A stretch of 63,028 nucleotides of DNA, the filler included, from Rhabdomonas costata (taxonomy: Eukaryota), in assembly GCA_019059605.1 (NCBI GenBank). It is 56 parts of 56 records of this genome, joined end to end, with 100 filler letters (N's around TTAATTAATTAA, not from the genome) between each part and the next. Parts side by side here need not be neighbours in the genome. Positions count along the whole stretch, not along the records: positions 23,681 to 24,707 come from JAHMHO010032711.1; positions 24,808 to 25,834 come from JAHMHO010032712.1; positions 25,935 to 26,961 come from JAHMHO010032713.1; positions 27,062 to 28,088 come from JAHMHO010032714.1; positions 28,189 to 29,215 come from JAHMHO010032715.1; positions 29,316 to 30,342 come from JAHMHO010032716.1; positions 30,443 to 31,469 come from JAHMHO010032717.1; positions 31,570 to 32,597 come from JAHMHO010032718.1; 48 more parts are not named here. One strand, written 5' to 3'. Shown here in pieces: positions 24,173 through 35,317 of the stretch. The notes beneath the pieces are model-generated. The model was given only the letters and a program-made list of their open reading frames with translations. It did no database searches and had not been told where the DNA came from. Numbering within the stretch: position 1 is the first letter of the stretch; each line of letters opens with the position of its first letter. Both the position numbers and the translations under genes were made by a program.

Positions 24173-26166
24173 CTGCGAAAAGCAAGGGGACTTGACTTTG
24201 GTTCTATTGCAGTGAAAGACCGCGTCCCCGTTGCCAACAAAAAGAAAAGTCGTTGCTGGCACACCGGCGTGCATGTGGGCGGACGGTGTGCTAGCCTACG
24301 ATTCTTTCTCTTAAAAAAGCCCAAGCCCGATGTAGAGCCAAAACAAAAGGTCCTTCCATGCCTGTGTAAAGGCAAAAAGGGCCCCAAAACACTCTAAAAT
24401 GGCCCTGAAATGGCCTCTAGCGTGGCTCTAAACCGAAGCATTCCGGCCAGCATGAAGTACTCCTGGGCTCTGCCCTTTGGCATGCAGGCCCGGCCGAGAG
24501 CTTAGGCTCAGTGTGCAGGCCTGGAAAAGTTCCGAAAAGTGCACCCGGGCCCTTAAAATTTTCGAAGTCGAAAATGCCCTCAAAAGGGCCAAAATGGGAC
24601 CTTGAAGGGGCCATATCTCGGCGTAAAGAACGAGTCCCAGCCCGGGAAGCGGCCAACTAACTCATCTCAGGAGTCCTACGATACCACATTATATGAGCCA
24701 CCACCCCNNNNNNNNNNNNNNNNNNNNNNNNNNNNNNNNNNNNNNNNNNNNTTAATTAATTAANNNNNNNNNNNNNNNNNNNNNNNNNNNNNNNNNNNNN
24801 NNNNNNNTTTGTTGTTTCAAGTGCAGAATTCTCAATGACTCAATGGCAGCACGGAAAGAGGGCAAATTAAAATTCACAAGCGAGGCACGGGATGGCAATA
24901 TTTTTAGGATCCGGGATCCGGGATCTGGGATCTGAGGGCTACTACTCAGCAGCATCCGGAGGGGTCGCTTACGGCTCGGTCTTCCATCAGACAAAGAACG
25001 AACGAATTGAACTGCACTTGAAACAACAAAATGAACAAGAGAAATTGGAAGCTGTGAACACAAACAGAGAATTGCACGGCAACACCAGTGGAGCTTTTCT
25101 CAGTTAACTGAGACCCCTCACTGTCCAGCCTTCTGAACATATAGCCAGCGTGAAGATGTGTAGGTGGGGGAGAACGGCATGCCAGAGCAAGAACAGCTTG
25201 ACCAGAGGAGAGACAGCTTCGCCCACACTGCACAGCAGCCTCACGCTCCGCCCAAAAGAATGGGCCACCCCGCAAAGCCCGAGAAGCGACCACAGTGGCG
25301 GGGCGGAACCTGAAATAGTAAGAAGGCAGGCGGGGGTTTCGGAAAGTCACTCACACGTCCATCGCCACCCCTCCAGCGCCACACCGATGACAGCGCCGAT
25401 GCATCGAGCGCCCAGTTCACCAACCTTTGCTTGCTCTCATTCATCTCCTAACTGCAATGGGGCAGTTACTGGACGAGAGCAAACGCGGTTCGGGCTCTGG
25501 TTTGCTTCCATTCAACGAGAAACTCACAGCTCAGGGTAGCCCCGACTGATGGCATGAAAGAGAAGGCCTGAGTAAACAAGTGCATGCTGAAATTCGACTC
25601 TTTAGGAAGGATTCTTTGGGAGCAGACAGCAAACGCAACTCCAACCCATACATAAACGCACTGCACATTGGCAACCATTGGCAATGCTCTGCAAAAGAAC
25701 GTCCAAGGCCAAACACTTCAGCGCACGGGCAAGCCTCCACCAGCCTCTGAAAGAGAGCAGCGTTCCAAGTGCTAGAAAACGATTCACCATGGCCCGCTTC
25801 ACGAAGTCTTTCTTACTTCCAAAGCAACAACACANNNNNNNNNNNNNNNNNNNNNNNNNNNNNNNNNNNNNNNNNNNNTTAATTAATTAANNNNNNNNNN
25901 NNNNNNNNNNNNNNNNNNNNNNNNNNNNNNNNNNTGTGTGTGTGTGCGTGTGTATATTTTTGTGGGTTTGAAATGAAGGGGGGGGGGGCTTTGAAATCCT
26001 TGAGAGGGTATAATCCAACTGTGAAGTGAAAGAACTATGAAAACGGATCAGGCGATAAAAAGTAATGAGTTGGTCACTATCAATTTTTTTCGGAGCGAAA
26101 TTATCTAGTACCAAAAAAAAGACGGGGGCACAGTAATCAGCCGTAGGTGGGCACCCATGTGCGCAG

Positions 26167-26712
26167 ATTGTGGTGATGCACCTGCGGATTACCAACCTGA
26201 GTGAGCTGCTGAGGTACAGCGTGGTGGAGGCGGTGCTGGCTTACAACAAGTTCATCGAGTCGGTGTGGCCCCCTAAGCACCGCCATCACACCTCTGTTGT
26301 GAGTGCACGGTGCTTGAGGGCTTCTCGGCCAGTTTCTATTTTCTGGGTCTCGCTGCACTTTCTGAGTCAAGCTTGTGCGTGGGGAGTAGTGGTTATTCGA
26401 ACACTGAATTTGATTCTGTTTCAACGTCTGTTTCACCTTCTAACTTTGCATCAAAGTTAACGTCTAACAATTGTTTTGCGTCTAACAGCTGACCCCGTCA
26501 AAAGCACTTGACCGCTCTTTCTACGTGCCCTTTCCGGTCTCTTCCACTGGTTGAGCGTTCACCGCGCTGTTCTCTCAGTCCGGTGGTGCGGGGAGGGGGG
26601 TCCTCAGGTCTACCCTGCCATTACCCACCATCGTGGCACCCCCAGCCTGGATGGGGAGGTCCTTGTGGTGCACTGGAACGCCGCCCGGCACTGCGCCTCT
26701 GCTAGGATGCAG
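26167..26712 (+). CDS. Divergent class III nucleotide cyclase-like domain; exons 26167-26262 and 26608-26712
   Basis: IVVMHLRITNLSELL...FIES|VYPAITHHRGTPSLDGEVLVVHWNAARHC follows the class III cyclase beta1-alpha...G(D/E)xxxxxWN layout; phase-0 splice; second donor appears to be GC. Confidence 0.5.
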
Positions 26713-27083
26713 GCAAGCACCATCCCTACTCGTCTCCTCCATCCGTCCGCACGCACACACACATCCCATCACGGAGTCAGCGTGAAAGCCATGCGAGGTC
26801 AGCACGCCCCTGATGAAGAGTAGAGTCACAGTCCGACGTCCGACCGCCCGGAAAAGGAGTAGCCCGCAGAACGAGCTACACACACGCACACACTGCTCTT
26901 TTCCCAAGAACAAAACAAGAGGAACAACAAAAGGGGGACTCGTCAGGTGCACCCCCACCACNNNNNNNNNNNNNNNNNNNNNNNNNNNNNNNNNNNNNNN
27001 NNNNNTTAATTAATTAANNNNNNNNNNNNNNNNNNNNNNNNNNNNNNNNNNNNNNNNNNNNGTTTGGGATATTGGGGTGTTAG

Positions 27084-28059
27084 GCAATACCAGCTTCCTC
27101 AGCACTCTCGCTGTGGCGCTGATCTGTGTCCTCACGATCCTCCGGTATGCGCTGAAGTGGTGGTGAAGGCTGGGCATGGAAGGGTTTGAACTTGTTTGGG
27201 TAACCGTTTCCTGTGATAAATATCACCCCTAATAATAGTTAGCACTTGTAATGTAGTTCTGGTGGCCGCAATTTTCCAAAGAATTCGAAGTGCTTGGCAG
27301 GGTCATTCAGAACACTTAAGGAGCCTGTGAACTGAAGGCCGTCTCGGTGGGTATGCGCGTGTATGTTAGTAGATGCCATTCTACCGTATTCGCCGTTGGA
27401 GCCATGCACCTTGTGAAAGTGTCCTGTGCGAGGGGAGGTGGACGTTTTGCGCGAGGTGTGTCTTCGGAACGGGAGAGGGCTGGATAATGTTAGAGTTGCT
27501 GTTTACTGCCCCATCCAGTGTGTGTTTTAAGAGAGGGCATTCGGCATAAATGCATTTGTGCGCCCCCTCCTATCAAGTTCATTTATGCCCCACCCCCAAC
27601 CGTGCATCGCCTCCTCACCCCCTGCAAAGTATTCTATTACAATCCCGTGCCCCTATAAAAGCACTAGTTCGCAGCTCAAGTAAGGTAGATCTACCCTACT
27701 GAGGAGGGGCGAAGCCCAAATGCACTAGCGCCGGGCATTCTAAAAAACAGGATTGATCAAGTGCAGACGATCAGCACCACCGTGACTGCGATACCAGCGA
27801 TTCTCAACACTATGCTCCAAGTTGGGGAAGGAGGCGGCAACTACCCTGAGCTGATGTTTCGGAGTGCATTTAGTGGTTTTTTGGGGTGCAGGGCCCCAGT
27901 TACGGCGGAGGTGCAGGGCGTGCGGGAGCTCCCTCCCCAGGCAGGGGCGTACAGCTTCGCACAGCCCCATTTCTTCGCGTCCTTCGGCGCGATGGCCTTC
28001 GCGTATGTCTGCCAGCACAGCTCCTTCCTGGTCCGGTCCAGCATGAAGGAGCCCCACAG
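27084..28059 (+). CDS. Amino acid transporter (AAAP/SLC38A11-like); exons 27084-27144 and 27892-28059
   Basis: NTSFLSTLAVALICVLTILR|...FFASFGAMAFAYVCQHSSFLVRSSMKEP, matching the AAAP GxxxFAFxCHH motif. Confidence 0.75.
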
Positions 28060-28243
28060 GTGTTTTACTCTCACACCTCAACAACACANNNNNNNNNNNN
28101 NNNNNNNNNNNNNNNNNNNNNNNNNNNNNNNNTTAATTAATTAANNNNNNNNNNNNNNNNNNNNNNNNNNNNNNNNNNNNNNNNNNNNCTCACACTTTGA
28201 AGTCAGGAAGTGTTGATGCGACATAGTGGTGCTTCTTTCGCAG

Positions 28244-29033
28244 AATGACTACAAGACCATGAACTTGTCGTTCATGGAGAGTGTCTGGTGGGTCTTCAAG
28301 CAGTTGTACGGCAAAGGTTTTTTCTGGGGGTGGGGTAGGGGGTTGAATTGCCCTAACCGGTGGAGGTGCAAGCAGTGGAGAGAATCCGCACCCTGAGCGT
28401 CCCGGGAGCGAGAAAATAATATCGAAAGCCGCATGGAGAATGGAGACAGGGCTTTGTCTGCATTTGGTCCGCCTTTGGAAGAACTTGCCCGTGCCTGAGT
28501 TCCTCAAAGGTAAGTCTTGCTCAGTGGTTTTGGTGCTGAATGGTATTAGAGAAAGGCAAGAGGGCTAGGACAGGGCTGTGGAGAGGGAAATTCTGCCACG
28601 GCTTCCATTCCTTCCACAAAAAGGGACGGGGAAGAAAACTCAGGGTCTTGATTAATTCCGAGAGCATTCACAGTCCTTCCCCCACTTTCTCTCTTCCCAT
28701 CTCTCCGTGCAAATCTTCTCCCCCCCCCCCTCATTCGTTGTGTGTGTGTGTGTGTGTATTGGGGCGGGGGGTTCTTCTTGACAGGCCTTGTGTACCGCGG
28801 TGTCAAGGTGATGCCCTATTCCACGGGTTGCACCACCACCCTCTCCAACTTTGAGGCGAACATGAACTACAAGGACCAGAGCGACCCCTCTATTGTGATC
28901 ACGTTTCCCCTGGTCTCCGAGCCTGGCACCGCTTTTCTGGCCTGGACTACCACGCCCTGGACGTTGCCCTCTAACCTCGCGATCTGCGTACACCCCGAGT
29001 TCACTTACGTTCGCGTCAAAGACCGTGCCTCAG
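28244..29033 (+). CDS. IARS1: Cytosolic isoleucyl-tRNA synthetase; exons 28244-28316 and 28785-29033
   Basis: [58 protein letters not shown]...[19 protein letters not shown]; frame-consistent GT-AG intron. Confidence 0.95.
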
Positions 29034-29832
29034 GTCTCCCTCCGCTCTCTTCCCCGGGTATGTATTTTTACAATCTCTCTTCTTTCTTCACTCTGGAAAC
29101 TGGTCGGGTTTCCTTTCGCACTCCCCATAGAGCCCGAATTCTGCGCCGCATACTCCGCCTCTGTTTCGCAGAAAATCCGGACATGCATGTGGTACATGTG
29201 CCATCCACCCACAACNNNNNNNNNNNNNNNNNNNNNNNNNNNNNNNNNNNNNNNNNNNNTTAATTAATTAANNNNNNNNNNNNNNNNNNNNNNNNNNNNN
29301 NNNNNNNNNNNNNNNGGGGTGTGGCGATTTTTTGGTCAACCCGTTAGGTAAGTTGCATTTGGTCATGAATTCGAGGTCTTGGTGGTTAAGTGGTAGAGAC
29401 TGGGATGGAGTGGTGAAGTTTGAGCTGAATCTGAGTACAGTCAGGTCAGATGACTTGGGCGGCCCCATCTCCTTCTGAGTCGTTCTGAGCCTGTTGTACT
29501 CGTAGAAAGTTAGAAAGTTCTTAGCTGCTTGCATGACAACTAAATACATGCCCTCCCCCGGTACCCATGCTTTTTGAGGTTAGAGCGGTGGCTTTCTTCG
29601 GGAGAGGTGCACATTGCCGGAAAAGTTATGAACTTCGCAGTGCGGTGCAATGAGCTCCTGTGATGACGTTCGCGGTTCTGGTGCGGGGGTTGCTGATGAA
29701 TTTTTTGTCTACAGGCGCAAGTGCTGAGCTCTTTGCATTTCCAACTCTCCAGGATCAGCGTAGCTTCTGTTTGTTGCTTCTGTCCCCGTCGCCTGTGCCT
29801 TTACTGGCCCACCTCTGGGGGCCGGGCGTTGT

Positions 29833-30320
29833 GTGCACGGGACGTGGCTGCCCGCGTTTCCCGCAGCCCCGCTGCTGACCGTTTTGTGGGCGTGGATTGG
29901 CCTTTGCCTCAGCTATGACTCTGCTGCGGTGGGAAGGTCCGAGGGGCTCAGCCCACGCCAGCTCTTGTTCCGGTGCTCCCGGGACGCACAATTTCTTCCC
30001 CGTTGCAACCACAGCGGGGAGCTTGTGGCTGGAGTGACGCTGAACTTCACGGTGATTGTTTATAACAGGACAATTTGCTACGCTCGGATTAACGGGCCTT
30101 TGATTACAGCCCAGGAGCTGCACGCCGTTCCCAACGGGGATCCTGGGACCTCACTCGCTCATCCCTATCAAGTGAGCTTTTTGATAACTCTTGACCTTCC
30201 TGGAGTTTACCAATACTGGCTGTCATGCAGTGGCACCGCCCACCTTGGTAGGACGCCCAAGGAGTTGTACGGACCAAACCCCCCCTTTCTGGGCCAAACT
30301 TCTTACTTCGCAATCCTACC
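29833..30320 (+). CDS. Possible secreted/membrane protein with Ig/filamin-like beta-rich domain
   Basis: Open frame >160 aa with hydrophobic N-terminal stretch, NxT sites and PGVYQ motif; start codon not established. Confidence 0.3.
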
Positions 30321-30489
30321 CACACTAAACTCACCCAACACANNNNNNNNNNNNNNNNNNNNNNNNNNNNNNNNNNNNNNNNNNNNTTAATTAATTAANN
30401 NNNNNNNNNNNNNNNNNNNNNNNNNNNNNNNNNNNNNNNNNNGGGTGTGTGGCAAGAGTCTTGTTGAATGTTGCACTTTCGCTCTTTTT

Positions 30490-30553
30490 GAGCGTGATGT
30501 TTGGACAACTTGCTCTGAAAACTGATGAGCACAGGCGACTTTACTGATCGTTC
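30490..30553 (+). ncRNA. Box C/D snoRNA candidate, copy A
   Basis: C box GTGATGT (30494), 14-nt guide, D' CTGA (30515), C' TGATGA (30523), 15-nt guide, D CTGA (30544); terminal stem GAGCG/CGTTC. Confidence 0.7.
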
Positions 30554-31173
30554 CATTCGAAACTGGGCGGGATAACCCTTCTGCCATTTGAGGTTGGAGC
30601 CACTGGAGAGGAGAAAGGTCTTCTGCCGTATTGGGTTCAGTGGTGATGTGCGGTGCTTGTGTGCCAAAAACTCACATGGCGATCCATTGGCAACCTTCCA
30701 AACCTACCGATTGGTTGTCCCACTCCTTGCTATTATTTCGCCCCAGCTCGAAGGAGCTCTCACAAAAAAAAGTTTCAAGAGAAACGGTTGTCATTGTGCA
30801 CATTAGGAGGCCCCATACCCTTTCATTTTCTTTCATTTTTCAGGGAAAAGAATCGTCAGAAATATGAAGTGTTCAGCGGAGAAAGGCAAAAAAATGCACA
30901 ATAGGAAAGCGGAAAGCTTTTTTCTTGCGGGCCTTTTTACAGCGCTTTCTTGAAGTAGTCTGACTTGCACACTGGGGCCTTCATTCACTAGCTGTTGGTT
31001 TCGCTTTTGGTGACTCTGACCCATCAGGATGGTTTCTCGTTGGAAATGCCGTCACCTGCCGCTATACGACACCGGTCGTCCTGTGCTATTAACTTATGGG
31101 TTGGCATGTTTCTTTGGAAATAGAGCACTCAAGAAATTTTCTGTTCTCCTTCTCAGACATGTGGTCAGCTTTT

Positions 31174-31238
31174 ATAAGTGATGTGTGGACAACTTGCTCT
31201 GAACTGAAATGAGCGAAGACTGAAGTTCCTGATCGTTT
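31174..31238 (+). ncRNA. Box C/D snoRNA candidate, copy B (paralog of A)
   Basis: C GTGATGT (31178), same D' guide TGGACAACTTGCT + CTGA (31199), diverged D guide, D CTGA (31229). Confidence 0.62.
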
Positions 31239-31569
31239 TTCTTTCGAAACTGGGCAAGACATGACAGCAGCGCCCCAAAGAACGCCAGAAAAATAACGGA
31301 GGAAACGATCCAACTTTGCAGAATCGAGTATGGTGAAGAGCACTGAGTACTTTGGCACTGGGCATTGATCACTTTTGGTCCATGATTTTAATGTTTCATA
31401 CAAAAATGAGTTTTTTGCAGCCCACAGCAGCTACGGGGGAGCGGACAATCAACTCGACCCCACCCCCCCNNNNNNNNNNNNNNNNNNNNNNNNNNNNNNN
31501 NNNNNNNNNNNNNTTAATTAATTAANNNNNNNNNNNNNNNNNNNNNNNNNNNNNNNNNNNNNNNNNNNN

Positions 31570-32597
31570 AGAGCGAGACCTTATTGCAGTACCTGTTTGT
31601 AAGAGGATTGGAAGGGGACATCCAGGCGAAAGTGATGGCGAAGAATCCGAGGAGCCTGAACGAGGCCATGGAAAAGGCCTGGGAGTATTTCCGCAAACCG
31701 AGACACCCTCCACAGGTAATCGTTGCTGTTCCAGAGAGTGCAATTCAGAGAAGCATAGCGACGTGGAGCACGGCAATGGATTTAGACGCGATACGGTACG
31801 GTACACCCCGTTTTCGGTGAGTACGGCATTTCTGACGTCGGGAGAGCGGAGTGCAGCCGGTGCCACATCCACAGCTTCAAGAGGGGTGTCAGATGTGAGC
31901 ATGTTGCGGAGTAATTCAAATCGTTTTGAGATTTCGGCGTCTCCGACACTAGCAGCAACAGTGCCAGCTAGTTCAGTGATGTTTTCCACACCCCCACTTC
32001 ATCAGTTCAACGTGGCGCGCACCCCATCTCCAGAAAGAAGGCCGAGTCAAGGCAGAGGATTGTCGGTGTTTCGAGGTCGTGGTTACATGGGAAGAGGACG
32101 AGGTTACTACCGATCACCGTCACCATCCCGAAGTGGGAGGCCCAGAATTCCCTCGTTCCCAAGGAGAGAAGATTCCCCGAATCGACCGTCAAGCCCAACT
32201 TCGCAGGGTACTAAGAGAAGTCATTCGTAGCCATTTGCAAGGTCAAGTTTGGAAGACGCGAAGCCGTTGGTCCCCTCCAGAGTCTGTTTATATTGCGGAA
32301 GTTCTAATCATTTCTACAGAGACTGCGATTTGGCTAAGGCAGACGTGGTCCAGAGCAGTGTGCCTAAGGTGCCGGGAGAGATTCAAAAGAGTGTTGATCA
32401 GTCAAACTAGTGGGGGCAGGAGACAGGGCCACTCCCGCCCCACCCAAGAGGCCCGCTTCAGTCACAGTGAGAACCCCAGCCAGCGCAAGTAACGTGCAAG
32501 ATCGACCAAGTGTTTCAAATACCGTTCCGCTAAGAGTCTTGAAGAGACCGTCAGAGCCCGTGAACAGCTTGAGTCGAGCTCGTCAGGAAAAGCCCCG
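31570..32597 (+). mobile_element. gag: Decayed Ty3/gypsy gag fragment with CCHC zinc knuckle
   Basis: LFVRGLEGDIQAKVMAKNPRSLNEAMEKA (gag capsid motif), MDLDAI, CLYCGSSNHFYRDC at 32285-32326; a 5-bp duplication frameshift (~31795) and in-frame TAG stops. Confidence 0.8.
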
Positions 32598-32697
32598 NNN
32601 NNNNNNNNNNNNNNNNNNNNNNNNNNNNNNNNNNNNNNNNNTTAATTAATTAANNNNNNNNNNNNNNNNNNNNNNNNNNNNNNNNNNNNNNNNNNNN

Positions 32698-33724
32698 GAT
32701 TTCAAGAGATTAGAGAAAAGATCCCGATAAAGGTCTGGAATCCGACGTCTGACGTCTGATGCAGTGGACGCATTGCCCCGCGCAGTGGTTTGTCCTGGAA
32801 GCACCAAATCTCGGTTGGAGCGGGAGTAATTGATCACGACTACCGAGGGAATGTGAAGATCTTGCTGTTCAATCACGGAAGTAGGGGCTACCGCGTCAAG
32901 TAGGGTGATCGGGTGGCGCAATTCCTGTTGGAGTACATTGCGATACCCCCCGTGCGCGTTGTTCCACAACTGCCGGGGAGTGTGCGAGGTAAAGGTGTGT
33001 TCGGATCCTCTGGAGTTGGTTCGGTTTCGGAACCCCAAACCGCTTCTGGTGTTTCAGAGCAGCCAACCCCAGAAGTGATCAACCCCAAAGCCTACGTCAC
33101 ACGGCAGTTGGACGTACGGCATGCGGCATCTTCCAATTCGGCCGCTTCGTAATTGGAAAGTGCTTTTCCTTATATATCACAGGTTGCCATTTCAAGCAAT
33201 TTTGTGTTGCCCCAATCAGCTAACCTTTCGGGAGAGCAAGGCGGCTGCTACGACTCTGCCTCAGCAGCCAACACCCAAACCACCTGCGGTAATCCCGCCC
33301 AGATCAATGGATGAGCCGCTCTCCCACATGTCTGGCCTCCACACTCTGGAAGAGGTGGAACCTTCTGATCAGGACAGGCGTGCGCTGCTAGCCGCCGACC
33401 CCGAAAGGAAGATGGGGAAGCGGAAGAAGCTGTATGCGCGCAAAGACGTTCAGAAGCTGATCAGGAATCTTGATCCAGAGACCTGTGGCCCTCCAGTTTA
33501 GACATCTCCAATTCCCCCACAGGTGCTCGGGCTCAACGAGGAGTACAGCTTCTCTTTCCAGAGAAGCTGCCACCAGGGTTACCACCAGCTCGTCCAACCG
33601 ACCACAGCATTGACTTCCCAGAGAAGTTTCGCATCCCAGCTCCGCGCATGTACAGATTGGCCCCCAGCGAAGATGCCGAGTTACAGCGTCAGCTGAAGGA
33701 CTTGCTGGACCATCAGTACATCAA
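32698..33724 (+). mobile_element. Decayed Ty3/gypsy pol fragment: dUTPase followed by pre-RT region
   Basis: 32766-33014 [25 protein letters not shown]..(TAG)[16 protein letters not shown] (dUTPase motifs II-V); 33546-33724 LFPEKLPPGLPPARPTDHSID..PRMYRLAPSEDAELQRQLKDLLDHQYI (gypsy RT leader). Confidence 0.9.
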
Positions 33725-33975
33725 NNNNNNNNNNNNNNNNNNNNNNNNNNNNNNNNNNNNNNNNNNNNTTAATTAATTAANNNNNNNNNNNNNNNNNNNN
33801 NNNNNNNNNNNNNNNNNNNNNNNNGGGGGGGGGGGGTAACTCAGCACTTTTTCCGTTGGTGTTGCGTCAACATATGATGAAATGATGAACCAAATTTCAT
33901 TGTGCACAATTAGTCAACGATGGTTTTCATACAATAAGCTGGCAGCGCAATCCAAACAAAAAAGTGCTGAGTTAC

Positions 33976-34453
33976 CCTTTTCCCGCGAAGACGCTTCCAT
34001 GCCGCGGTGTGACTGCAGCTCGGGGAGTGGGCGATGGGCGCGCCCTGGGCTGTCGCGGGCGACCAGCCCCCGCCCGAAGCTCCCGTGACCTCGGTTTCAC
34101 TCTCTCCGCAAAACTCCTCGCTTATCCCGGCAGAGCTTGAGCTGACCGAGCCACCTCGGAAGAACCCGCGGGGAGAGGAATTGCCCGTGGGGCCGCCGGG
34201 CACGGCAGAGTGGGGCTGCAGGCAGCCCATCCCAGCCGAAGAGCTCGAGGCTGGAACCAAGAAGCCGCTGCAGGCCTTCGGAGCAGCCAGAACTCGAGGT
34301 GGAGGGCGTGCGGGTGCGGGCTCTGGACGCTGGTTGGCAGCTGGCGCCTTGGGAACAGGCCACAGGGACTTGGGGGCCGTGGTGGCTTCGGGGGAGGCTG
34401 CGCTTGCAAAAGTCTCCACATCAGCACCAGTCGCGCGGGAAGGCTGTTCCACC
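33976..34453 (-). CDS. Probable internal exon, low-complexity Pro/Ser/Ala-rich protein
   Basis: ggttttcag| open ~159-codon frame |gtaact. Confidence 0.45.
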
Positions 34454-35134
34454 CTGAAAACCGATACACACCCGTGTGACAAACGCACACCTAGGAAGGG
34501 AATGATGCGAAAATCGAAATCCCAAACCTCTCGCTGGAAAATACACGCGAGCTGGGCAGAAGATCAGTCACAACTGAGCATCGCAATGCAGCCAACTCAT
34601 GCAGCACAGAGAAACTACCTTACAGTCCCAAGTCAGCCAACTAGGGGCTTTCCTGCACACTGCACTCCTGCCCCTCCACTCACAGCACAGCACAACAATG
34701 TAGCAACAGCCTTCCGTTGAATTCGATGGAAGCAGCAAGGAGACCTGTTGCACTCACAAAACACAGCTCACACCCACACCAGCTCGCAGAGTGCTGAAGT
34801 GCCTCTCGGTTCGGCACAAAGACGGCGACCATTCCTGTGCGAAACAAAACANNNNNNNNNNNNNNNNNNNNNNNNNNNNNNNNNNNNNNNNNNNNTTAAT
34901 TAATTAANNNNNNNNNNNNNNNNNNNNNNNNNNNNNNNNNNNNNNNNNNNNTGTTTTTGGTGACCACTGGGGACTGACTGGCGCAGGTCTGTGTGTGTGT
35001 GTGTGTGTGTTGGGCGCATTGCGCGCTGGCTGTTGCCTGGTGGACTGGTTCACCGGTTGGTCTGTGTGTGTGTGTGTGTGTGAAAGCCTGCTTTTCTAAG
35101 ACAAAGCAAAAAGCCGGTACACAAGCAGCGATAC

Positions 35135-35317
35135 CTCGGCCATCCCGATGCACGCCGTGAGCGGGGTGCGCATCTCGTGGCTGACCATCGCGAAAAACCT
35201 CTCCTTGGACCGCATCAGCTCCCGGGCCTGCTCCTCCCGCTGCCGCGCCTCCGCTGCCCGCGCCTCCTCCCTCGCCCGCACCGCCCTCCCCACAGACACA
35301 ATGGCTGCGGCGAAGGC
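35135..35317 (-). CDS. Histidine kinase exon (coiled coil + HisKA H-box)
   Basis: ctcacag|..ELMRSKERFFAMVSHEMRTPLTACIGMAE|gtatcg; KxxFxAxVSHExRTPL of hybrid histidine kinases. Confidence 0.92.

Noticed and set aside
24907-24934. (GGATCYG)x4 tandem; also a 24-bp duplication at ~12700-12750 and CCCTA units at ~51061
   Set aside because: Short simple tandem repeats with no supporting structure; not telomeric arrays.
26357-26367. ACTTTCTGAGT, similar to the start of the Euglena spliced leader
   Set aside because: Only ~11 nt match inside an intron; expected by chance.
31020-31403. RING/U-box-like Cys motifs in minus-strand translations
   Set aside because: Require several frameshifts; the plus-strand snoRNA box pattern explains the duplication better.
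32901-32903. Possible TAA/TAG reassignment to Gln/Glu
   Set aside because: In-frame stops occur only in transposon relics that also have frameshifts; none in conserved host exons, and a probable host terminal exon ends in TAA (59471).
31570-33724. gag contig directly followed by dUTPase-pol contig, suggesting one element
   Set aside because: Separated by an artificial spacer in a size-sorted list; linkage is unsupported.
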